Below, in pieces: positions 18,411 to 25,920 of a stretch of 36,085 bases of DNA. The DNA lies in NCBI GenBank assembly GCA_035632195.1, contig DASQHH010000604.1:1-36085 (forward strand), in the 5' to 3' direction. The notes beneath the pieces are model-generated. The model did no database searches, was not told the origin of the DNA, and worked only from the letters and a program-made list of their open reading frames with translations. Position numbers and translations under genes: made by a program. Source of the stretch: Vicinamibacterales bacterium. GTDB taxonomy: Bacteria; Acidobacteriota; Vicinamibacteria; Vicinamibacterales; CAVVIG01. Every line of letters begins with the position of its first letter. Positions within the stretch are counted from its first letter, which is position 1.

Positions 18411-19997
18411 ATGCACGTTCCGCTCACGCCTCTTGAATTCGCTCGCCGGACGCGGACGCTGTATTCGGACCGCGAAGCGCTCGTCGACGGCGCTATGCGC
18501 CTCACATACCTGCAGTTCTTCGATCGCTGCGACCGCTGGTCGGCGGCGCTGCAGAAGCTCGGCGTCAACGTCTTCGATCGAGTCGCCTATATCGCACCGA
18601 ACACGCACGCGCAGCTCGAATCGTTCTACTCGGTGCCACAGACCGGCGCGATCCTCGTGCCCATCAACTACCGGCTGACTGCCGACGACTTCGCGTACAT
18701 CATCAACCATTCCGGCGCAACCGTCGTGTGCGCGCACGAGGACTATCTCGACGCCGTGGACGGCGTCCGCGGACAGTTGGCCGGCGTGCGGCACTTCGTT
18801 GCCCTTGAAGGCTCGAAAACGGGGTGGCTGGACTACGAAGCGCTGCTCGCGGCGTCGCCGTCGGCCTATCTGCACCCGGCCATCGACGAAGAGGACGTCG
18901 TCACCATCAATTACACGAGCGGGACGACGTCGCGTCCGAAGGGCGTGATGATCACGCACCGCAACGCGTACTTGAACGCGGTTGGGACGCTGCTGCATAT
19001 CCCGATGGGCCTCGCGGACCGGTATCTCTGGACGCTGCCGATGTTCCACGCAAATGGCTGGACGTTCACGTGGGTCGTCACCGCCGCCGGCGCGGCGCAC
19101 GTCTGTCTGCGGAAGGTGGACCCGCCGAAGGTCTTCGAACTGATCGCGAAGGAGCGTGTGACGCATCTCTGCGCAGCGCCGACTGTGCTGATTGCGTTGG
19201 CGAATGCCCCCGACGATGTTCGTCGCCAGGCGGGATGGGACGGAGCGCACGCTGGCGTGCACGTGGTGACGGCCGGCGCGCCGCCCGCGGCGGCGACCAT
19301 CGAGCGCATCGAAGGCGAGCTGGGTTGGACGATAACGCAGATGTACGGGCTGACAGAAACCGCGCCCTTCATTACTGTCTGCGAATCGCGTCCGGAGCAC
19401 GCCGCGATGTCGTCCGTCGACCGCGCCGTCGTGAAGGCAAAGCAGGGAGTGGAGCTGATCACGTCCGGGCAGATCCGCGTCGTCGACGAGCAGATGAACG
19501 ACGTGCCGGCGGATGGCCGGTCGATCGGGGAAATCGTGGTCCGCGGCAACGTCGTCATGAAGGGCTACTACGACGATCCGGACGCGACGACGAAGGCATT
19601 CCGCGGCGGCTACTTCCACAGCGGCGACGCGGCGGTGATGCATCCCGACGGCTACGTGGAGGTCCGCGACCGGATCAAAGACGTGATCATCAGCGGCGGC
19701 GAAAACATCTCGTCGGTGGAAGTCGAGGGCGTGCTGCTGCGCCACCCAGCCGTGCAGGAGGCTGCGGTCGTCGGTCTGCCGGACGAAAAATGGGGCGAAG
19801 CTCCGCACGCATTCGTGCTGCTGAAGGCCGGCGCGACGGCAACGCCGGACGAACTGCGCGCGTTCGCGCGCGAGCGGCTCGCGCATTTCAAATGCCCGCA
19901 CACGGTGACATTCGTGACCGAGCTGCCGAAGACCGCCACGGGAAAGATTCAGAAGTTCGTGCTGCGGGGAGGCCGCGCCGCTATTGCTGCGCAGTGA
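18411..19997 (+). CDS. acyl-CoA synthetase / AMP-dependent ligase (ANL superfamily)
   Basis: AMP-binding signature YTSGTTSRPKGV, then YGLTET, GDAAVMHPDGYVEVRDRIKD and C-terminal PKTATGKIQK. ATG 18411 chosen; the track extension back to 17862 overlaps the preceding gene and is rejected. Confidence 0.9.
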   Translation: MHVPLTPLEFARRTRTLYSDREALVDGAMRLTYLQFFDRCDRWSAALQKLGVNVFDRVAYIAPNTHAQLESFYSVPQTGAILVPINYRLTADDFAYIINHSGATVVCAHEDYLDAVDGVRGQLAGVRHFVALEGSKTGWLDYEALLAASPSAYLHPAIDEEDVVTINYTSGTTSRPKGVMITHRNAYLNAVGTLLHIPMGLADRYLWTLPMFHANGWTFTWVVTAAGAAHVCLRKVDPPKVFELIAKERVTHLCAAPTVLIALANAPDDVRRQAGWDGAHAGVHVVTAGAPPAAATIERIEGELGWTITQMYGLTETAPFITVCESRPEHAAMSSVDRAVVKAKQGVELITSGQIRVVDEQMNDVPADGRSIGEIVVRGNVVMKGYYDDPDATTKAFRGGYFHSGDAAVMHPDGYVEVRDRIKDVIISGGENISSVEVEGVLLRHPAVQEAAVVGLPDEKWGEAPHAFVLLKAGATATPDELRAFARERLAHFKCPHTVTFVTELPKTATGKIQKFVLRGGRAAIAAQ

Positions 19998-20367
19998 CCC
20001 CGGTTCGAGCGTGCCAGCCGCGCCGGACGATGACCACCCGGACGAGGCGCCGGCCGATGCGCCGGGCGCGCGCGCAGCTCGGCACGAAGACGTCGAGATG
20101 ATGGCCTTTGATGGCGGAGCCGGTATCCATCACCGTGTAGGAGCCGCTGAGCAGGCGGGTTCGGTCGACAATCCGCACGATCGATCCCACCGGCAGCCAC
20201 CGCGGATCAGCCGCGACAATACCGATGTGCGTATAGACTCCCGACCGTGTAATTCCTGCCTGGCAGTAAGCCGTCACGGTCGTCCGCGCAACTTCTTCAA
20301 AAGCCTCCGAACGCGCTGATACCGCGAGGCATAGCGCGATCGACACGGCGAAAATTACTCTGGGCAT
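19981..20367 (-). CDS. secreted 3D-domain protein (MltA/RlpA-like double-psi beta-barrel)
   Basis: Signal peptide MPRVIFAVSIALCLAVSARS. The sequence TAYCQ...VAADPRWLPVGSIVRI...YTVMDTGSAIKGHHLDVF carries the conserved Asp residues of the 3D domain. Confidence 0.75.
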   Translation of the reverse strand: MPRVIFAVSIALCLAVSARSEAFEEVARTTVTAYCQAGITRSGVYTHIGIVAADPRWLPVGSIVRIVDRTRLLSGSYTVMDTGSAIKGHHLDVFVPSCARARRIGRRLVRVVIVRRGWHARTGVTAQQ

Positions 20368-20379
20368 ACGCTCCGGAGT

Positions 20380-20916
20380 TCAAGGCGTATGCCCCTTCCG
20401 GCTCGGCTGTGATGATCGGCTCATCCACCTGAAGAAGAGGATCACGAGCGCCGCGGGAATGAATGGCCCCCACCAGTGGTTGAGCCCGAACGCGCTCAGC
20501 GTCGTCGAGCCGAATGTGACGAACGCCATGATGGCGCTCGCCCACGCGAACGCGCTGACGAGATTCAGCGCCGTGAACTTCAGCGGTTTGACGCTGGCGG
20601 CGGCGCACGCGATCGGAATCGCCGTCCGGAGTCCCGGCAGGAACCGGCTGACGAGGATGAGTCCCGTTTCGTTCTCGTGCACGTGCCTGGCGACGCGGTT
20701 GCGATAGGCCGCAAGCCGCGGATACTTGTCGAGCCAGTGAAGACGCCCGCGCAGGAGATAGAACCAGATCTGATCGCCCGTCGAGCCTCCGAGCGCGCCC
20801 GCCGTCAGGACCGCCGGCCAGAAGGCGCGGCCGGCTACCGCGTCCGCGCACACTTTGCTGTAATAGATCTCGCCCTCGAGGATGGCGGCGATGTAAATCG
20901 AGAGGTAGTAGAGCAC
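20380..20916 (-). CDS. DedA / VTT (SNARE-associated) family membrane protein
   Basis: Multi-TM protein with EGE near the N-terminus and the motif LVSRFLPGLRTAIPIACAA typical of DedA. GTG start. Confidence 0.8.
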   Translation of the reverse strand: MLYYLSIYIAAILEGEIYYSKVCADAVAGRAFWPAVLTAGALGGSTGDQIWFYLLRGRLHWLDKYPRLAAYRNRVARHVHENETGLILVSRFLPGLRTAIPIACAAASVKPLKFTALNLVSAFAWASAIMAFVTFGSTTLSAFGLNHWWGPFIPAALVILFFRWMSRSSQPSRKGHTP

Positions 20917-20990
20917 TAAGCTCGAGCGAGCACGCTGCGTACCACTCTAGCAGCCCGCTCGGCACAGGATGCTGTCGATGTCGTCGCGAC

Positions 20991-22400
20991 TCAACAGGCG
21001 ACGGGCCGCGACATGTCGGCGATTTCTTCCCGCGCGTGGCGATCGTTGACGCGGTGATCCATGCGCGTTACCCAGTCGCGCACCGCGCCGTTCTGAATCT
21101 TCAGGAAGTTCGCGAGATACGACGGCCGCATGTAGAAGCGCTTGTACGCGGCGCCGAGCAGGTACCGGAGCTCAACCTCGCTCAGATTCGGGTGCTTGAA
21201 CGTCGGCGTGTAGCCGTCGTACTTCTCCCAGTCGTGCTCCGTGAGCAGCGGCTCGATCTGCTTGAACATCGGCGTGCCCGGGTATGGCGTCAGGATCTTG
21301 AACTGCGCGAACGTCGATCCCAGATCCGTCGCGTAGTCGATCGTCGCCGCGATCGAGTTCCAGTCGTCCTGCAGGAATCCCAGGACGTAGAACGCGGCCG
21401 TGACGATCCCCTTCTTGCGGCAGTGGTCGATGATCTGGCGCTGGTGCGTCTGCGGAATCGGCCGGCGTCCGGACTTCTTGAGCGTCTTCGCGTCGAGCGA
21501 CTCCACACCGAAGCTCATCGCGCGGAATCCCGCTGCGTACAGGCGGTCCAGCAATTCGACGTCGAGGCGATCGAGCCGGGTCTCCGCCTCGAACCGGATC
21601 GTGAGGTTGCGCGCCTGGATCTCGTCGCACAGCTCCAGGCAGCGGTCGCGCTGTTCGCTGAACAGCGGGTCGCGGAAGATGACGTACGGCCGCTTGACCG
21701 AATCGCACAGCCGTTCGATCTCGTCGACGATGTTCGCGATCGACCGGGCGCGATAGCCGGCGAGAATGCGGTGCGGACAATAGGTGCAGAACTCCGGGCA
21801 GCCGCGGCTCGCGAGCAGCGGGTAGCCGCCCCCGACGGGGCGCGACGACCATTTGATACCGACCTTGCGCTCGCGATCGTCGGTCACCAGATCCCAGCGC
21901 GGGAACGGCAGGGAATCCAGATCGGCGATCTCTTCGCTGATGCTGATGCCGCTCGGAACCTCGCCCTGCGCGATCCGCATGACGCCGGCTTCTGGTTCGC
22001 CGTTGAGGATGAAGTCGCAGTGGTCCTGGAACAGCTCGGGCATCTTCGACGCGGTGATGCCGATGAAGCCGACCTTCATGCCGCGCGCGCGCATCTGATC
22101 CGCCCACGCGCATTCGGCCTTGTAGTCAACGAGCGACGACAGAACGAGGGCGACGTCCCCGGGCCGCTCGGCTGCCGGCAGATCGCCGCGGGTCCAGATG
22201 ACGTCGTGGCCGGCGCGCGCGAGCAGCGCCGCGCAATAAGCCATGTGGACGCTCGGAACGTCGTGGAACTGTTTCTTGACGTACTGGATCCAGAACGTGA
22301 CCTTGCTGAACGGCTCGAGGCGCGAGCCGTACCCGCCGACGACGGTATCCTTGCTGACAAACCCGCGATCGGACTTCAGATCTGCGAGAACCACCCGCAT
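20991..22400 (-). CDS. class B (cobalamin-binding domain) radical SAM enzyme
   Basis: N-terminal B12-binding-like Rossmann region (MAYCAALLARAGHDVIW...ALVLSS). Radical SAM cluster motif SRGCPEFCTYCPH. SD GAGGTG lies 5 nt upstream of ATG 22400. 469 aa. Confidence 0.9.
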   Translation of the reverse strand: MRVVLADLKSDRGFVSKDTVVGGYGSRLEPFSKVTFWIQYVKKQFHDVPSVHMAYCAALLARAGHDVIWTRGDLPAAERPGDVALVLSSLVDYKAECAWADQMRARGMKVGFIGITASKMPELFQDHCDFILNGEPEAGVMRIAQGEVPSGISISEEIADLDSLPFPRWDLVTDDRERKVGIKWSSRPVGGGYPLLASRGCPEFCTYCPHRILAGYRARSIANIVDEIERLCDSVKRPYVIFRDPLFSEQRDRCLELCDEIQARNLTIRFEAETRLDRLDVELLDRLYAAGFRAMSFGVESLDAKTLKKSGRRPIPQTHQRQIIDHCRKKGIVTAAFYVLGFLQDDWNSIAATIDYATDLGSTFAQFKILTPYPGTPMFKQIEPLLTEHDWEKYDGYTPTFKHPNLSEVELRYLLGAAYKRFYMRPSYLANFLKIQNGAVRDWVTRMDHRVNDRHAREEIADMSRPVAC

Positions 22401-23091
22401 AGAGTCACCTCAATGACAGAACCGACACTGACACCAGAGCACGCTGTCAGGCGGAGACGGGAGGTCCACGAGGTGATTTCGGAGAACACGCGTGCGTGCG
22501 CGGACGGGGATCGATTGACAGCGCAAGTCGCCCCACGACCCGCAGCGCGGGAACGGGCCGATCGCCCGCGTCCACGCGCGCCGCCGGCGCGTCGTTTTGA
22601 ATCGCCTGGTTTTCGTCGACGAGGTTGCGGGGTGCTCGCGACACGTGCGCCGTCAGCTCACCGAGCGACAGCAACTGGGAGACTGGCCGTACCGGTCCAC
22701 CGAACGATCGCGGATGCCGTGGAAGCCGCCGCACCGGAGCCGCCTGCGCGTCGCAGACGGGTCTTGCCGAGCCTCGCGGTCCGGGCGCAGCACTGGCGGA
22801 CGAAGCCCACAGCAGACAAATGGAGACAAGGCTGCTGGCTTTTACCCAGGTGCGCAGGTTCGGCGTCAAGAACACCATGAATAACCGGTAGTTACGCGGG
22901 GACGCATCACTATCCCACAGGCGCGCCAGCGACGCAACTGTGCCAAACGATATACCCGCCGCCACTTATCATCGCTCAATGGCCAGGAAATCGAGGAATT
23001 TACTAGTTTTTTGCAACGTCCTGCTGGATTGTCGCCATCGAGGTGGACCGACCATTTTCGTGTGTAACTTTTATGGCAGGGCGCCTGTCTG

Positions 23092-24642
23092 ATGACGGGT
23101 AGGATGGTCGTGAGACACGAGGCCCAGGCGTTGAACATGGGGCGTCAGATCGCCGGCACGACACGTCGCAGCGACACTGGCGGCTCTCAGCCGGTGCGCT
23201 CCGATGCGCAGACCGAGCACCTCCTGCGGCGCGCGGGTTTCGGCGCGCGCCCCGACGAACTCGATACCTACAGTCAACTGTCGTACACGGACGCCGTCGA
23301 GGCCCTGCTCGATTACGAAGCAGTACCGGACCTCGTCGACTCGAACATCGGCAAGCCCGGCTATGTGAACGTGACGGTGACCGGCGCATTCTCACCGCAG
23401 TCGGTTATCAACAACTCCCGCCAGCGATGGCTGTTCCGGATGGTCCACACGGATCGCCCGCTGCAGGAGAAGATGACGCTCTTCTGGCACAACCACTTCG
23501 CGACCGGGTACACAAAGATTGCCGGCGCGCTGGGCACCTCCGAGGGTGCGCGGTACCTCGCGGCGAAGGCGTCCGAAGACCCCGGCGGCGTGCGCGGACA
23601 GCTCGAGATGCTGCGGGACAACGCGCTCGGCAACTTCAGGGACATCCTGTTGAACATCGCCAAAGACACGGCGATGCTCGTGTGGCTCGACGGGCGGACG
23701 AACACCAAGGCACAGCCGCAGGAGAACTTCGCGCGCGAAGTGATGGAGCTCTTCACGATGGGCGTCGGGAACTACACGGAGCCCGACGTCTACGCAGGTG
23801 CGCGAGTGTTCTCCGGATGGAATCTGCAGCGGCCCGGCTCTGCCGCAGACGGCTCACAGCATTATGAGTTCGCCTACATCCCTGCGAACCACGAGACGAC
23901 GGCGAAGACGTTCAGTTTTCCGATCTACGCCGACGGCAACCCTACGATTCCGGCGCGCGCTGCGTCGGCCGGGATGCAGGACGGCATCGATCTGCTCAAC
24001 GCGCTCGCCGCCAACCCGAACACCGGCCGGTACCTGGCGACGAAGCTGTACCGGTTCTTTGTGAACGAATTCGGCGACGTCGATCCGGATTTCGTCGGCA
24101 GTATCGCTGCCGTCTTCCAACAGAGCCAGTACGACATGAAACAGGTCGTGCGTGCGGTGCTGCTGTCTCCGCAGTTCATGGATGCGGCGTTCCAGAGATA
24201 TTCGTGGCCGGCCGAATTCACCATTCGGGCGATTAAGGACATCGGGTGGCGCGGGTTCTCCGTGAACGACGCGCTGACGCCTATGGCGAACATGGGTCAG
24301 ACGCTCTACGAACCGCCGAACGTCGCCGGCTGGCCGGCGGGGCAGACCTGGTTCACCACCGGCGCGATGCTGTCGCGGATGAATCTCGCGTCTCAGCTGG
24401 CGACCAACCAGAAGTTCAACCTGGCGTCGGCGGCCAAGCCGTACCGCGCGTCGCCCGAGTCGCTCTTGTCGTACTTCCTCAATCAACTGAGGACCGCTCC
24501 TCTCGACGGCAGCGTCGTTGCGGCGCTGACGACGTACCTGCACGCCAACGGTGCGTGGACCGGCAGCGACACGCAGCTGCAAGCGAAAGCACCGGGCGTT
24601 GTTCACCTGATCGCCGGGCTGCCGGAGTACCAGCTCGTATGA
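23092..24642 (+). CDS. DUF1800 family protein
   Basis: EHLLRRAGFGARPDEL near the N-terminus and MTLFWHNHFAT are the characteristic DUF1800 blocks. Start uncertain (ATG 23092, 23104 or 23137). Confidence 0.85.
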   Translation: MTGRMVVRHEAQALNMGRQIAGTTRRSDTGGSQPVRSDAQTEHLLRRAGFGARPDELDTYSQLSYTDAVEALLDYEAVPDLVDSNIGKPGYVNVTVTGAFSPQSVINNSRQRWLFRMVHTDRPLQEKMTLFWHNHFATGYTKIAGALGTSEGARYLAAKASEDPGGVRGQLEMLRDNALGNFRDILLNIAKDTAMLVWLDGRTNTKAQPQENFAREVMELFTMGVGNYTEPDVYAGARVFSGWNLQRPGSAADGSQHYEFAYIPANHETTAKTFSFPIYADGNPTIPARAASAGMQDGIDLLNALAANPNTGRYLATKLYRFFVNEFGDVDPDFVGSIAAVFQQSQYDMKQVVRAVLLSPQFMDAAFQRYSWPAEFTIRAIKDIGWRGFSVNDALTPMANMGQTLYEPPNVAGWPAGQTWFTTGAMLSRMNLASQLATNQKFNLASAAKPYRASPESLLSYFLNQLRTAPLDGSVVAALTTYLHANGAWTGSDTQLQAKAPGVVHLIAGLPEYQLV

Positions 24643-25904
24643 AGGTAACCCGCCGTGAGTTCGTAAAGGGCGGCGTCGCGGCGTTCACGATGACGTTCGC
24701 GGCCCCGGAGTTCCTGTCAGACCTCGCGCGCGCGCAGGGCGCGTCCACGCGCAACCTCGTCGTCCTGTATTTGAGCGGTGGCAACGACTCGCTCAGCATG
24801 CTGTTTCCGTACACCGATCCGTTCTATTACAGCCGCCGGCCGACGCTCGCCGTACCGGCGGCCAACGCGCTGCAGGTTGGAACCGATTCATCGAGGGTGG
24901 CGCTCGGCCTGCACCCGCGGCTCACCGGGCTGCGCCAGATCTTCGATGCCGGCCGCCTCGCGTTCGTCCAGCGGACCGGTTACGCGAATCAGAGCCGGTC
25001 GCATTTCCTCGGCAGCGATATCTGGTCGGCCGCGAATCCGAACAATTCGACGGCGCTCGGCTGGGTCGGGCGCTATCTCGACTCGCTGCCGTCGCCGGTG
25101 GATCCGCTCGTCGGCTGGAACACCACGTCGACGCTTCCGCATGTGCTGCAGTCGGCCCACACTTCGGTGCCGGCCATAGCGAGCACGAGCGGATACGGCT
25201 TTGCGAGCCCCAACACCGGTGTGGAGGCCGCCGCCGAGCGCAGCGCCGCCGTCGCCATCTCGTCGCACGTTCCCGTCAACCAGCCGCAGCTGGCGTTCGT
25301 CTACGGCAGCTCTTCCGCCGCAATGGCGACGCTCGACCGCGTTGCGCTCGTCAACACCTATCAGGCGAGCGCGACGTACCCGAACACCGGGCTCGGCCAG
25401 GCGTTGAAGGCGGTCGCGGGCGCGATGGCGAAGAATATCGGTACGAAGATCTTCTACGTAACGACCGGCGGGTTCGACAACCACTCGACGCAGAACGTTA
25501 ACAGCACCAACGGCGCGTACTATCAGCTGATGGCGACGCTCAACGATGCGCTGCTGGCCTTTTACAACGATCTCGGCAGCCAGGGTCTCCTCGGCGACAC
25601 CTTGGTCATGAGTTTCTCGGAATTCGGCAGGCGCATCACCGAGAACGGCAGCCATGGAACGGACCACGGTGCGGCGTCGGTGATGCTCGTGATGGGCGGC
25701 CGCGTCAACGGCGGCCTGTACGGCACGGCGCCGAATCTCAATACCGATCCGAAGAATCCCACGCTCGAGAACAACGCCGGCGACGTCACGTTCGAGACGG
25801 ACTTCCGCTCCGTCTACGCCCGCGTTGCCGACAACTGGCTCGGTACCGACTCGGTTGCTCTCCTCGGAGGCGATTTCAGAAAGTCATCCCTGACGTTCGT
25901 TTGA
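24639..25904 (+). CDS. DUF1501 family protein (sulfatase/alkaline-phosphatase-like fold) with a twin-arginine signal
   Basis: Tat motif MKVTRREFVKGGVAAF. LSGGNDSLSM and SEFGRRITENGSHGTDHG are typical of DUF1501. The ATG overlaps the DUF1800 stop as ATGA (24639-24642). Confidence 0.9.
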   Translation: MKVTRREFVKGGVAAFTMTFAAPEFLSDLARAQGASTRNLVVLYLSGGNDSLSMLFPYTDPFYYSRRPTLAVPAANALQVGTDSSRVALGLHPRLTGLRQIFDAGRLAFVQRTGYANQSRSHFLGSDIWSAANPNNSTALGWVGRYLDSLPSPVDPLVGWNTTSTLPHVLQSAHTSVPAIASTSGYGFASPNTGVEAAAERSAAVAISSHVPVNQPQLAFVYGSSSAAMATLDRVALVNTYQASATYPNTGLGQALKAVAGAMAKNIGTKIFYVTTGGFDNHSTQNVNSTNGAYYQLMATLNDALLAFYNDLGSQGLLGDTLVMSFSEFGRRITENGSHGTDHGAASVMLVMGGRVNGGLYGTAPNLNTDPKNPTLENNAGDVTFETDFRSVYARVADNWLGTDSVALLGGDFRKSSLTFV

Positions 25905-25905
25905 G

Positions 25906-25911
25906 TACAAT
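25906..25911 (+). promoter_or_regulatory. -10-like hexamer TACAAT, 9 nt upstream of GTG 25921
   Basis: A near-consensus -10 in the 16-nt spacer between the DUF1501 and HD-GYP genes. Confidence 0.3.
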
Positions 25912-25920
25912 CGCAGGCTG

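Noticed and set aside
19995-20012. GGTTCGAGC, a T-loop-like motif that could hint at a tRNA
   Set aside because: The flanking bases cannot form a T-stem or an acceptor stem, and it lies within the overlapping ends of two protein-coding genes.
22690-22860. Cobalamin-riboswitch-like fragments on the plus strand (CGGTCCGGGCGCAGCACTGG, GGACGAAGCC, GGAGACAAGGC), next to a B12-type radical SAM gene
   Set aside because: Only loose resemblance to the conserved CCCGCCACTG, GGGAAGGC and B12-box elements. The second CCACTG box and the proper B12 box (AGACC-x-GCC) are missing. The orientation points away from the radical SAM gene, and it lies about 250 nt from the DUF1800 start. cmsearch with RF00174 is needed before any claim.
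21036-22880. 614-aa plus-strand ORF, plus many similar long ORFs (e.g. 108-1046, 5640-6807, 8395-9564, 10001-11089, 14630-15619, 16351-17820, 18348-19901, 23854-24606, 24888-25667, 26028-27317, 28158-29156, 28889-29908, 30138-31106, 31890-33002, 33378-34550)
   Set aside because: Each lies antisense to, or out of frame with, a gene that has clear family motifs. Their translations are low-complexity Arg/Pro/Ala/Gly strings. They are high-GC shadow ORFs, not overlapping genes.
22447-22965. 172-aa minus-strand ORF (or its 143-aa version from ATG 22878) as a precursor peptide or partner protein of the radical SAM enzyme
   Set aside because: Not called as a CDS. It has no SD, its third-position GC bias decays along its length, its C-terminal half is Arg/Pro-rich, and it has no recognisable leader/core architecture. 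It is kept only as one possibility under the intergenic-gap finding.
23070-23091. Sigma-54-like TGGCAG-N-TGTC element just upstream of the DUF1800 start
   Set aside because: The spacing and the -12 element (TTGC) do not fit the TGGCAC-N5-TTGC consensus.
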